A stretch of 64,000 bases of DNA from Leucoraja erinacea (GCF_028641065.1 NC_073406.1:8246001-8310000), one strand, 5' to 3'. Positions 25,933-38,990 are shown, numbered from the stretch's first letter. The notes: generated from the letters alone by a model not told the origin. Program-made: numbers and translations.

Positions 25933-26664
25933 GTGAGTGTTATCTCAGCACAGACATTGGCGCGGGGTGGTGATATGTGTTGGCGGTGTATACGGCCAGT
26001 GGAGGGTCGGAGGAGAGGACTGGGTGAATGGTTCTTTGAATGGGATTAAAGAAAATTCACGGCAGGGCGAAAGGGGGCTGCCCGGATTAATCGCTGATGG
26101 AGAAAAAGAGAGGGGGTCGGATCAGCGAGTGCCTGGATTAACCGGGGAAGCGGAGCGGGGAGGGAATGGAATTGTCAGCAGGGGGCTGGGGTGGCGGAGT
26201 AATGGGGAGAGGGTTGGGCAGTTGGGCCGAATGGTCCCAACAGAATAACCTGGATTTGAAGAGAGGATTTCAGGAGGAGTGTTAACGCATCTGGGATGTT
26301 CAACTTTCCCGTGAGCGGACGTGGGTAGAGCCGAGGGGGGAGAGAGTGTGTGTGTACCTCGGACACCCCTAGCGAAGTTGGTGTAGGAAGGTACTGTAGA
26401 TGCTGGTTTAAACCGAAGATGGACACACAAAGCTGGGGTAGCTCAGCGGGACGGGCAGCATCTCTGGAGAAGTCTTCGAACGGTTTCGATCCGAAACGTC
26501 ACCTATTCCTTTTCTCCAGAGATAGAAACATGCTTGTCCGACCCGATGAGTTAGTTACTCGCACCTTGTGTCTATCTTCTGAAGTTGGGACGTGTTATGC
26601 GCAGGGTATAAGTGGAGGTGTTGGCGCGGTGGCCCTGACTGTGTGTGTGTGTGTGTGTGTTTAG

Positions 26665-27122
26665 GGGCGGTGCGGATGTCGAGAGACGGAGCGGCGCAGT
26701 ACCAGGCGGGATTCAGGAGCTGCCTGAACGCAGTCAGCCAGTACCTGCTGCGGAGCAAGGGCACGGAGGAGCACCTGCGGCTGGGCGTACTCAACCACCT
26801 GGTCACCGCTTTCCCCGTCTTCTCCGGCTCCGGCTCCGGCTTCGGCGCGGTGGACGGCGGCAGCCGAAACGAAGGCCGGCTTCTAGTCAATCCGGCGGCG
26901 CAGCCCCAAGGCGAGCTGTGTGGGCCCGCGGCCAAAGCCACCGCCGCCTCCGCGCTTCGACACAGCATCCAGCAGCAAGTAGCTGACATCTCGGCGACTG
27001 AAAATTCCAGCCCAGAGACCCCCGCACAAGAACAGGACGCAGCGCCCGTCGCTGCCCAAACTAAACCCCCCGCCAACCGTGTAGCCTCCCCTGACTTGGA
27101 ACAGCTGTGGCGGCCTTGGTAG
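26665..27122 (+). CDS. HES3: HES3 exon 4 (Orange domain, WRPW)
   Basis: YQAGFRSCLNAVSQYL Orange helix; ends LWRPW* (Groucho/TLE motif); in phase with exon 3. Confidence 0.95.
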
Positions 27123-27248
27123 CTCTCTCACCCCCCTGCGCTGTGCATAGCGTGTGCTGAACTAGTGAGGGGATGAACTGCAGATGCTGAAGATAGATCC
27201 AGAATGCTGGAGTAGCTCGGCGGGACAGGCAGCATCTCTGGATAGAAG

Positions 27249-27439
27249 TGTTTAAGAAGGAACTGCAGATGCTGGAAAATCGAAGGTACACAAAAATGCT
27301 GGAGAAACTCAGCGGGTGCAGCAGTATCTATGGAGCGAAGGAAATAGGCAACGTTTCGTCCCGAAACGTTGCCTATTTCCTTCGCTCCATAGATGCTGCT
27401 GCACCCGCTGAGTTTCTCCAGCATTTTTTGTGTACCTTC
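27249..27439. mobile_element. Penelope-derived inverted-repeat element in HES3 3'UTR
   Basis: Arms 27282-27357 and 27361-27439 are near-perfect reverse complements; flanked by tctctggatagaag duplication. Confidence 0.75.
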
Positions 27440-27550
27440 TCTGGATAGAAGGAACGGGTGAAGTTTCGGGTCGAGACCCTTCTTTGTATATAAGTGTATG
27501 TAACTGCTTTGTAAGAAAATTGTTGGAATATTAATTCTATATCTAGAAGG

Positions 27551-27556
27551 AATAAA
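27551..27556 (+). terminator. Putative HES3 polyadenylation signal
   Basis: First AATAAA after the stop, in AT-rich context followed by a U-rich tract. Confidence 0.6.
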
Positions 27557-27616
27557 GGATTTTTCTTTAGATTCCGTCTCAAGCCTTTTGTAACCTTCCT
27601 ATCTTAAGATCCTTAT

Positions 27617-27785
27617 AGAAACATGGAAAATAGGTGCAGGAGTCGGCCATTCGGCCCTTCGAGCCTGCACCGCCATTCAATATGATCATGGCTGATCATC
27701 CAACTCAGTATCCCGTACCTGCCTTCTCTCCATACCCCCTGATCCCCTTAGCCACAAGGGCCACATCTAACTCCCTCTTAAATAT
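27617..27785 (-). mobile_element. CR1 LINE 3' end
   Basis: Reverse complement of the 3' UTR of the + strand copy at 39410-39590. Confidence 0.8.
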
Positions 27786-28217
27786 ATATTTCCAAAAGCT
27801 TTTTGGAAACCAAGAAGATGTTGGAATCTTGAGCAAAACACGAAGTTCCGGAGGAACTCAGCGGGTCAGGCAGCATCTCTGGAGGGAATGGGCAGACTGA
27901 AGAAGGGTCGCGACCCGAAACGACCTCAGTCCATTCCCTCTACATTTGACGCCTGAACCGCTGAGTTCCCCCAGCAACGTGTGTGATTTAATATTCTCCA
28001 CGATCAGAGGACGCACTCGCAGTGTAAGTAACCCACCGACCTCAATTAATAATCTGGCTACAGGTTAAAATCAGATAGTTATCAGATTAGTGCTATTAGG
28101 TCCCTGTGTTTAATGCCGCACGTGCTGCTAAAATTCACCTGGCATCCCTGCATCTTTTAGCGAGAGAAAGCTAAAGACAATTTCGAAACAGTGCATTTTT
28201 TTACACGAAAAACGAAG

Positions 28218-28540
28218 ATCATAGAAACATAGAAAATAGAAAATAGGTGGACGAAGAGGCCATTCCGGCCCTTCGAGCCAGCACCGCCATTCATTGTGAT
28301 CATGGCTGATCGGCCCCAATCAATAACCCGTGCCTGCCTTCTCCCCATATCCCATGACTCCACTAGCTCCTAGAGCTCTATCTAACTCTCGCTTAAATCC
28401 ATCCAGTGATTTGGCCTCCACTGCCCTCTGTGGCAGGGAATTCCATAAATTCACAACTCTCTGGATGAAAACGTTTTTTTCTCACCTCAGTCTTCAATGA
28501 CCTCCCCTTTATTCTAAGACCGTGGCCCCTGGTTCTGGAC
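28218..28540 (-). mobile_element. CR1 LINE 3' end
   Basis: (catagaaa)n tail; SRTRGHGLRIKGRSLKTEVRK on minus strand. Confidence 0.85.
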
Positions 28541-28893
28541 CAGGGCCCCACGCACACCGCTCTTCCAAAGTTGCCCAGTATTTCAAGGGCCTCCCGGGAG
28601 CAGCGTGAACCACAACACACAGCGAACCGGGGACGAGACATTGGGACGGGGTCCGAATCCTTGTTGAATTTAGCCGGTGTTCCCAGCAGGAAGAGACACA
28701 TGGATACGTTTCGGGAGAGAACCGCGGGATTGAAGGTAGGTTACAGAAAGCTGCATCGCCTTTGGTGAGTCTGAAAAATAAATTATTATTTTTCACGCTT
28801 TCGAATTCCAGCGTCACATTGGCTCAGTGGCCACAATAGAAAACGCCCCTAGTCCCAGATAACCACGGTAGCTGATGTCAAACACTGAGTGTT

Positions 28894-28931
<38 letters not shown>

Positions 28932-29610
28932 GATAACGTGACAATGGTTGTAGATGAGAAGCTGAGCTGACACAGAGCAACATGTCTGTATATGGAAGAT
29001 AAACACAAATAACTGGAGTACACAGTGGGACAGGCAGCATCTCTGGAAATAAGGAATGGATGACGTTTCGGGTCGAGACCCTTCTTCACAATTCATGTTT
29101 GTATATGACTTTGTAATCGATATTCTCTGGGGCCACTGAGTTTCACCGGATGGTTGTGTATTTTATAGGGCGGGTCTCTGTCTGCATGAAGTATCCTCCA
29201 CATAAAGGGCAATGATTGGGGGGATTCTAGCGTCAGTGGACTCACATTATGTTACACTTAATGTTCGGGGTCAGGTGCGAACAATAAAACGGACAAAGCA
29301 CCAATAGCCTTTGTAATGCATTGATCGTGGACACCCCTGTTGGGCAATTGTGTCATTTCATAAACTGTCTGAAGGGGAATAATTGGTGAGTCCGGTTAAT
29401 CATTGACACGATAATAGTCATTAATCGCCAATCCCTGCTTCCTCTCCCCTTCACCGCAGTCATCACTAGATCAAAGGGATCTCACTCAATACAACAACAA
29501 CAGCACAAATCTCACGATGGTCGTATTATTCCGGTTTTACTTGGAGTATTAATACAGGAAGGACGTGGAGGATTTGGAAAGGCCACAGTGGAGGTTCACC
29601 AGAATATTGG

Positions 29611-29951
29611 CGGAATGTTGCTTTCTCCAAAGCGCCGCCCGTCTCTAGTCAGATACTTGTGTGTAACTTTGATCAGTTTCGCTTCTGCGCCGACAAATGA
29701 AACGCATCTTGGGCGGCGGTGACCCTCCCGCAGCGGAAAATGAAGCGATAAATTGGTGGTGCTGAGTGTGTGCGGGTCTCAGGGCGGTCGGGGCTGGCGG
29801 CCAGTGTCATAGTGGGGATGCTATTCAACGCTCATTTCTCGCTCTGTAGTAAATGGCAAATCCGTTTCACGCTCCGCGCTCAAAGCCAGCGCCGTGCTAA
29901 TCATCTCCATGTCCTGACACAATCACAATTTTCTGCTCAGGAATCTCACAG
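29611..29951 (+). repeat. Module B, copy 2
   Basis: Matches copies 1 and 3; has a short deletion after aaacgcatc. Confidence 0.95.
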
Positions 29952-30997
29952 TGCCCCCGCGCCACCCGGCAGCAGCTCTCGCTGTTTGAAAACATTTAGC
30001 ACTGCTCCTCGAAGCTATACCGTTGGCGCTGGGTTGTGCGCTTATGTACCCCACCTGCACCCCCCTCCCCCCCTCGTCTGGCGAAATGCCTGAACTCCGG
30101 GTATCGCAGGTGGTATCGCAAAGTTCCACTGCATTTAATGAAGACGTGAGGCCATTGCTATTAACAAAGGCGAGGACGGAGAACTGCAGATGCTGGTTTA
30201 CAATATGGACACAAAAAGCTCTGCTTACTCAGCAAATTCAGTAAAATGTTGGAGCAACTCAGCGGGTCGGGCAGCATATCTACAGATCTCTTTTCTCCAC
30301 AGATGCTGCCTGACCCGCTGAATTACAGCAGCACGTTGTGGCTATCTTCGAGAATGGAGATGGTTTGTGATACCAATCAATAAGCAAGGTCACATTCACA
30401 TTATGGTGGTAAACCTGTGGAATTCGTTGCCACAGGAGGCTGTGGGGGCCAAGTCAATGGATATTTATATATATGCAGACTCTTGATTAGTACAGGTGTC
30501 GGTGGTTATGGGTGGAAGGCAGCGAAATGGGGTGAAGGAGGAAGAGATACATCGCCCATGATTGAATGGCGGAGTGGACCTGATGGGCCGAATTGCCTAA
30601 TTCTGATCCTATCACGTGTGAACTTTCTAAGGGGTGATCTCCCCTAGAATGGCAGAGCCGCCGCCAGGGCTTGTTTTTATCGGGGTAGCAGCAGACGAGA
30701 CGAAATGCGGTGGAAAGCTTCACTGTGCACGATAGCTGACTTCTGTCAAAAGACACTTGTTTATATCTACACATGTTAATAGAGAAATAATTAGCATGTC
30801 TATAGCCCCCTTCACAACGCCTGGACGTCCTTTACAACCAGTCAAGTACTCTTGAAGTGCAGTCATTGCTGTGATTTAGTGACGGGCCGCAGCCCAGAGA
30901 GCACCGCACGCTGCAGTTCAGTGCAACTGGCCAGTGGTCACCTCTCGTCGGGGGCTCCATCTCCCGGGGATGGTGCACTACACCTGGGCCGTCGCTG

Positions 30998-31585
30998 CCC
31001 CCCCCTCCCCCCCGTCGTCGCCTCTCTCGCAGACCCTATCTCCCCCCCCCTCTCCCCACCCCCCTCTTCCCCACTCCCCCTCTCCCCCCGCTTCCCCCTC
31101 CCCCCCCCCCTCTCCCCTCTTCCCCCCTCTCCCCCCCTCTCCCCCCCTTCCCCCTCTCTCCCCCTCCCCCTCCCCCTCCCTCTCTCCCTCCCTCCCTCCC
31201 TCTCCCTCCCTCCCCCCTCTCACCCCCTCCCCNNNNNNNNNNNNNNNNNNNNNNNNNNNNNNNNNNNNNNNNNNNNNNNNNNNNNNNNNNNNNNNNNNNN
31301 NNNNNNNNNNNNNNNNNNNNNNNNNNNNNNNNNNNNNNNNNNNNNNNNNNNNNNNNNNNNNNNNNNNNNNNNNNNNNNNNNNNNNNNNNNNNNNNNNNNN
31401 NNNNNNNNNNNNNNNNNNNNNNNNNNNNNNNNNNNNNNNNNNNNNNNNNNNNNNNNNNNNNNNNNNNNNNNNNNNNNNNNNNNNNCCCTCTCCCCTCCCT
31501 CTACCCTCTCCCCCTCCCCTCTCCCCCCCTCCTCTCCCCCATCTCCCCCACTCCCCCACTCCCCATCCCCCCATCCCCTCCTCTC
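30998..31585. repeat. CT-rich low-complexity tract with assembly gap (N 31233-31485)
   Basis: Poly-pyrimidine run and N block. Confidence 0.95.
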
Positions 31586-32059
31586 AAACCTCGATCGGGA
31601 TGCTCTCTGTGAGTGGGGAAAACCTGGCAGATATCATTCAATACAACCAAATGTCATACCATGCATGTCTCACACAAGATCAAACCACCTTTATCAGAAT
31701 ACAACATGGGCAGCTATACGTTTCTTGCTGTCGACCATCGCCCATAGTAGTCTAGTAGTCGAATTAAGCAAAGATTTAAGTTGGGCGACGCCTATTAATC
31801 AAGTGTCTAACAAGCCAAATAGATATCGGCCTTATCAAGAGAAATGTTCACGCATGTATTACATCCATTGAAGAGAATGCCCACAAGTCCTTGGCCAGCC
31901 CCAAATTGGAGTATTGTGGAGCCGTATGGGATCCCTTCAACAACAACAACAACAACAACAAGATCACCCAACTCACTTTCCTCTCCCCTGCAACACATCC
32001 TACCCTCCCCAACCCCCCCCCTCCCCACCCCCTCCCCCTCCCCCTCGCCCACCAAGAGA

Positions 32060-32292
32060 TAACTTTTCACACAAAGGGTAGTGGGTGTATGGAACAAGCT
32101 GCCATAGATGGGAATTGAGGCTGGGACTATCCCAATGTTAAAGAAACAGTTAGGCAAGTATATTGTTAGGACACGTTTAGAGGAGTATGGACCAAACGCG
32201 GGTAGGTTGGACTAAGGTAGTTGGGGCATGTTGGCCGGTGTGGGCAAGTTGGGCCGAAGGGCCTGTTTCCACGCTGTATCACTTTATGACTC
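32060..32292 (+). mobile_element. CR1 LINE 3' end
   Basis: Same subfamily as 2290-2605 (ttttcacacaaagggtagtgggtgtatggaacaagctgcc). Confidence 0.8.
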
Positions 32293-32688
32293 TTTGGCAT
32301 TCACTGTATCCAGGCGTTTCACTATTGGATAAGTTTCAATGAGGTCCCTCGCATTCTTCCAAACGTTGTTCTATGCTTCCTCCATTAGTACAGGGGGGAT
32401 TCCTTTAGTAAGCAACGTCCCTCCATTTAATCAATGCAATATGGGCAATATTGTTCAAAAATAATCAACTGTAGATTCGGTGAAATGACCTTGCAGGGAA
32501 TTAGGCGTTATAACAATATTCTAAGGTGATGAATATTCATTATGCCTCCAACCAACTCCCGATTAATGCGTGGACACTATCAGTAACCCAGACAGTAACG
32601 TCAGATTTCTCTATATTCCACCCCCACACCCACCCCTACCGGTTGTGATTTAGCTGAGACCTGAGTCACTTTCGCCTTCTACCCAATT

Positions 32689-33384
32689 CAAAAGAACAGT
32701 TTCCCTTCTTGCTCTTTTTCCCGCAAGAAACCCCCAGAACAAAAGGAACAATTTGCTGATCCGCAGCGAATCGGCGGGGCCCCGTTGCCTATATTATATG
32801 TGACCCAGTTCCCTGACAACAGCCTCCAGCGCGGACGGCGCCTCGCAGCGAGGAAAATCGCAGCAACGCCTCCGTGCCATTGAGCTCCCACAGCCCCCAA
32901 CCCCGCGGCCACGGGGAGGGACAAGTCGCCACCCGGGACGCGCAATCAACGCGGCAGCATCTCGCCACCGATCCACTGGATACCGCGAGGAAAGTGGCGA
33001 GTGGGGAACGGGAGCGTGTTGCCACGCGTCAGGCCTTTGACACAAAGTGGAGACCAAACACAAGCTCGATGGACTCTCCCGGAGCTTGTTTAAGTCACTC
33101 GAGTTTGATTAGAGGCATAAAGGGTGGGTCGGGTTGTGAATGGGCGAGGAAGCCCCAACGAGCCGCATTAACATCACACTGGGTGCGGGCACAGAGTGAA
33201 AGGGGCTGTGAAGAGGCAGCAGCGAGGTTGTAGCCGGCCCGGTACAAACACTTCATTGTCTTTGAGGCGCAGTTAAAATCAAGCGAGCGGCCTTCATTCT
33301 TAAACATGAGCTGCCTTCAGTTGTTGTGGGCTGATGTTGCGAACATCTGGCCCGGGAGATTAAAGATACCGAGCAAAGTTCCGG
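32689..33384 (-). repeat. Module A, copy 2
   Basis: Inverted near-identical copy of 21631-22327. Confidence 0.95.
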
Positions 33385-34352
33385 CCGAGAACTCTGGTTG
33401 AGATGTCCCATCTCTAAATCCCTCCAAAATATTGTTTAAATGAGGAACAATATTATCTTGTGTAGGAAGGAACTCCAGATGTTGGTTTATACCGAGGTTA
33501 AACCTCAGCCGATCAGACAGCATCTATGGAGAAAAGGAATAGGTAACGTTTCGGGTCGATACCCGTCTTCAGTCTGATGCCGCCTGCCCCACTGATTCAC
33601 TCCAGCATTTTGGCTGAAGAAGAATTCTCGATCCGAAACATCGCCTATTCCTTTTCACCAGAGATGCTGTCTGACTCGCTGAGTTACTCCAAAATTAGTC
33701 TCTGGGTATAATCAAAAGGAGAAAGTGGTGCTGGCGTAGGCGCGAAACCAGGAGGAAATATCTGAAGGGTAACGGGTTGTGGTTTTATAGGGTGATTGGG
33801 ATGGGAGAGGAGAACAGTACACAGGTTGAGTGTGGGTGTCAGTATTATGGGGGAGAAGGCAGGAGAATGGGATTGGGAGAGAAAGATGGATCAGCCATGT
33901 TTGAATGGCGGAGTAGGCTTGATGGGCCGAATGGCCTAATTCTGCGCGATGCTGTGATTTTAGTTCTTGGCCACAATTTAACACGTGTCTGCATCAGGGT
34001 TTTGTTTAGATTTATCGACAAGGTGATATCGGGCAATCACCTTGCAACTTAAAACCAAATGCGAATATATTCTCCATGCATTTGTTCATTTATGGAGGAT
34101 GTTCTTTGTTGTGCAAAGTTGCCCGAGTTATTGGTTTTCGGTTTTACTCCAGTATCAATGTTGCTATAGTCCTGGAGTTTGACAAGATTTGAAGTTTGCT
34201 TACACCAAGATGCCCCATCTAAGTGGGGTAGCATGCGTTGAATTCGAAGTTGATTTTCATATGTGGGCAACTCTTTATATTTCTCTGAGAGTGTGGTGGT
34301 GGAGACATTTCGTTGTCTCTGTACTGTACACTGACAATGACAATAAATTGAA

Positions 34353-34406
34353 TCATTTCATTTCATTTCATTTCATTTCATTTCATTTCATTTCATTTTC
34401 ATTTCA
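34353..34406. repeat. (CATTT)n microsatellite, probably a LINE tail
   Basis: About ten CATTT units after acaatgacaataaa. Confidence 0.85.
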
Positions 34407-37400
34407 GAAGGGGGGGGGGGTGAATAGATAGCGTCCTTCTGGGAAACGGGGGGAGGTCAGGTGAAAAGTTGCTAAGGCAAGGATGGTGAAATACCAACTC
34501 CGGGGTTACATAGGATATTGTACATATCCAGTGATTGGAAAGAAAGTCATGTGTATTGAAGGCATTGAAATACATCACGGCGTCCCAAAGCCGTGTTGCT
34601 CTCTCAGAAAAAAATAGACATTATACTCAGGTAATCAATCTACTTTTAATATTGATTTTAAAATATATATCTTGCCATGGGCTCTGATTTAAACCCGTAT
34701 TGGCGGTTTCTATCCCACGTGCAGACGGCAACAGTTCTTGGTACTGACAGTTAGAATTTGTTTAGGGTAAATTCTAGATCTTCCTAGGAAGTTTGGGCCA
34801 GGAAGAGGCACTAGACTGCGACACAGTGTGACTCTGCTCCTTAAACGAGGTTGTTGGAGCCGGTAATAGTTCATCGAGTGCAGTTTGGGGATTTTCCAAC
34901 CAAAAACAAAGTCGGATAAATGATTTTATTAATTGATGTCTGATTTCTAAATTGAAACAATACTTCTTTGAAAGCCACCCCAGATACGATATAGATAGTT
35001 TCGGGAGTGGATAATTTGGCTGCTTTCCTCCGATACTGTTATTGGTCAGATAAAGTTCGGTTATATTTTATTCTATCCTGTCCTTGACTCAACCTAACCC
35101 CAAGTCTCCCTCCATCCTGACCTCTCCAGTTCATTTTAAACAGGGTCCGGTTAGTCATTTGGCAGACAAATGAGACCCGAGCTCTGATCAGAAGGATCTC
35201 CTTGTAACTGACAGGGTCTCACAGTGAAACTGACAAGCCCACGCTCGCTTGACGAGACCTGAACTCCAATTGAGAATCAAAGGCCATTTATCTCTCGCCT
35301 AATAACACCTTCTAGACTGAATCGCCCCTTTCAGAAGTGAATTAGTTGCCATTAACCAAAGGTAATTAGATTCTCTCTTGACCAGAGTGAATGTGAATTC
35401 AAATGAGGATTTGAACTCATGATCTCCAGATGAATAGTCCTTTAGTGTTACCACTATCGAACCTCGCGTCTGGGGATTCAATAACCCAACAGCTTTATGG
35501 TCACTTTTACTGACACCTGCTCTTTATTTGTGGCGCTTTAAACAATGTGGGCTCATATTCCCAGACTGCCTCGGAGTCTTCTGAATCGCGGGCCCAGTAA
35601 CTATCGCTGCATGTTACCGAGCCACTTCACATAACCTGTTCGGTGGCGATGAACAATGGTAAATTATTACAGATACTGGAATTTCGAAAGTCGTGGAAAC
35701 TCCCCCTCTCTATCTGCTCGTGGTTCCAGCAAATTATCTATTTAATGTTTGATATCAATTTCTCGATCAGGAAAGTTATTGAGTTATAATGGATTCTGCC
35801 GTCCCCCACTCGCCCACGCCGACCAGGGTTTATAGCTGGGAAAGGCACAATGTACTGGAGTAACTCAGTAAGCAAGTGGGCAAATGGGATTACCCAGTTA
35901 TAAAACCCGAGGAGATACGAGGAACTGGCCTTGCTCGTTCATGCAAAAAGAAAAATACACAAGGTGCTGCACTAACTCGGTGGATCAGGCAGCATCTCTC
36001 TGGAACATAGATAGGCGATGTTTCGGGTCGTTACATATCCCGATGTCCCGGTCTCTCCAGCCTCACGCCATCCAGTCCCGGTAACATCTTGATGAATCCT
36101 ATCTGCATCCTTTCCAGATTAATGATTTCCTCCCTATAGCTGGGCGACCAGAACTGCACCCAGTGCTCCAAGTGTGGTCTCTTCAACACCTTGTACAGCC
36201 ACAGCATGAAATCCCAACTTCTGTACTCAATAGAGAGACAAGAAAATGCTGGAGTAACTCAGCGGGTCATGTGGCATCTCCGGAGAAAAGGAGTGGGTGA
36301 GGTTTCCGGTTGAGGCCTTTCTTTAGATCTTTTACTGATGAAGGCAAGCAGGCCAGTCGCATCATTCAACACATTGTTTACCTATGTCACCACTTTCAGG
36401 GGACCATGTACCTCTCTGCTCTGTAACATTCTCCGGGCTCTGCCATGTACTGTGCAAGTCCAACCCTGGTTTAACTTACTAAAATTTAATATCTTACACT
36501 CAACAAATTGGTCCAGGTCCTTCTGTAAATTACAGCGTATTCCTCGCACCCCACTGTACCACCAATTTAGGGACCAAATGCCAATTTACTAAATGCGTTA
36601 ACTGCACTGTCGTTAACAATATCTCCTAAACATGTTTTACAATTATGTAGATGCTGGAATTCGGAAATAAAAAAAAGTAAAGATTGTAAATCCTCAGCAT
36701 TTGTGGGAAGAGAAAAAGAGTAAACGCTACAGGGTAATTCTGAGCTGGTTGGGAGAAATAAAGCGACATAAATTGCAAGCGCGAGGGGACAGTTTACACT
36801 GGTTTACACCGAAGGATAGACATCTCTGGATAGAAGGAATGGGTGAGGTTTCGGGTCGAGCTCCTTCTTCAGACGGAGAGTCAGGGGAGAGGGAGACACC
36901 GAGACATGGAAGTGTAAGGTGTGAAATCGACACATCAAGGTGGACAGAGATCAAGGAAAATGTAGAAAAGATCACTTTTAGCTGGGGAAAGTTGACAACG
37001 AAGCAGATAAAGATAACATTTAATTAGGAGTAAGGTGGGGGGGAGAGAGGAAAAGCAGGGATATGTGTAAATGTTAGTGTGGGATATGCCAGAAAGAAGG
37101 TCGCTTTAGCAAATAAAAAAAACATCACATTTGATAAACGTGGTGAGGTTGTACATTTTGAGAGCGGGAAAGAGATTGCGGAGTATAGAATTCGGCGCCG
37201 GATTATAGTGTTTTTTCATTTAAACGCAGCAAACGGGAGTCGCGGATTCGCATCGAACGCGATTCCTGAGCATCATTCGGTGGGTTATTATGGGAGTAGC
37301 GCTTTCATAAAACGCGAAACAAGCAGCATTTACGAGAGATGCCTCGCTTTTGTTAAATGATAGGATGGATATTAACGAGTTTCTTGTGATTGACTTCGTT

Positions 37401-37779
37401 GTGATTTATATTTTGGTGATGAAAAGGAAAAAGAAGGAAGTGAAGTGAATGGGGAGAAAATGATGCCAAGTTTGGAGGAGATGGCGGGAAAGGACCGGTA
37501 AACCGTCTCCGAATTATCTAACTCCGTGACTGTGTGACCTCAAGTCGGGAGGCAGAGGCCAGTTGAGTCCAGGCCTTGGGTGTAAACGCGGGAGGAGGTA
37601 GGGGAAAGAGGCAGAGCGGTCGGGGTAGTCGCCTACTGTATGATACAGGTGGTGATACAGAGCCAGTGGGAATCTATACAGTGTGTGGCACCACCTTTGC
37701 AGAATAGATGCAAGCATGCCAGGATCTTTCCAATAGATTGAATTAAAGATTCAACAAATGCTGCTTGTTTTCCAACCTT

Positions 37780-37921
37780 TTCTTCTTCTTTCGTGTGGCG
37801 TGCGTGCACAGCCTAAAGTCGTTGAACAACTTGTTCTATTTGATCTTCCGTTTGTGCACGTCGAGTTGATTGCATTAGTCGAAACAGGGCGGACCACGTG
37901 AAGGTTGCAATCTTCCACCCC
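37780..37921 (-). mobile_element. Short SINE-like retroposon with (GAA)n tail
   Basis: Flanked by ttccaacct direct repeat; minus strand starts ggggtggaag and ends gaaagaagaagaa. Confidence 0.55.
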
Positions 37922-38299
37922 TTCCAACCTCTGATGCCTGCATTCGATTCTGAACGAGGCTGAAATTCGTTACTCCCAGAAAGTTGTGTTTCTAAACCTT
38001 ATTTTATTACTCGTTGGCCTGGCGTGTAAAAAATGTGATCCTTTTGATTTGACCGGGAGACCACATAGGTTTGAGGGAACGCTGCCCGCTCGCAGACTGA
38101 GAGGATGGTGGGTGCCAATGGTGTGTAGTAATAGGGCAGGAAGGTTTCAACTTCTCTACTTCTGGGATATTGTTGACGGTGGGGGTAAAGAGGAGGGGGG
38201 GGGGGGGGGGTTGAGTTTGCGACCATGGTGCTTTATGAAAGGGTCCAGGGGAGGTTTCCGTGAATGATCCCAGGCTCATTGCGTTAACGTAGGGTGAGA

Positions 38300-38990
38300 G
38301 TTTCACGGCGCTGGGCCTGTTCTCATTAAAAGGATGAGGGGAGACCTCAATGCAACTTACCGAATCGTGAAAGTCCTAGATAGAGTGGATGTGGGGAGGA
38401 TGGTTCCACTAGCTGGAGAGTCTAGGACCAGAGGCCATAGCCTGGGAATAAAAGGACGTACCTTTACAAAGGAGATGAGGAGGAATTTCTTTAGTCCGAG
38501 GGGGGTGGATCTGTGGAATTCATTGCAAGTCGGAGGAGGACATGACTTCAGAATTAAGGGACAGAAGTTTAGGCGTAACATGAGGGGGAACTTCTTTACT
38601 CAGAGAGTGGTAGCGGTGTGGAATGAGCTTCCAGTGGAAGTGGTGTCGGCAGGTTCATTGGTATCATTTAAAAATAAATTGGATAGGCATATGGATGAGA
38701 AGGGAATGGAGAGTTATGGTATGAGTGCAGGCAGGTGGGACTAAGGGAAAAAAGTTGTTCGGCACGGACTTGTAGGGCAGAGATGGCCTGTTTCCGTGCT
38801 GTAATTGTTATATGGTTTATATGGTTATATGGAGAGTCGATGGATATTATTTTAGACGGAGATTGATAGATTCTTGATTAGTAAGCGTGTCAGAGGTTAT
38901 GGCGAGAAGGCAGGAGAATGGGGTTGACAGGGAAAGATAGATCAGCCTTGATTGCATGTATACTTGATGGGCGGAATGGCCTCTTTCTGC
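38300..38990 (+). mobile_element. Nested CR1 fragments (second subfamily inserted ~38528-38832)
   Basis: ORF 38334..38744 fuses two CR1 C-termini (RGHSL..FFSPRGVDLWNS / GHDF..FFTQRVVAVWNELP). Confidence 0.8.

Noticed and set aside
30852-31871. Long proline-rich ORFs
   Set aside because: CT low-complexity sequence spanning an N gap
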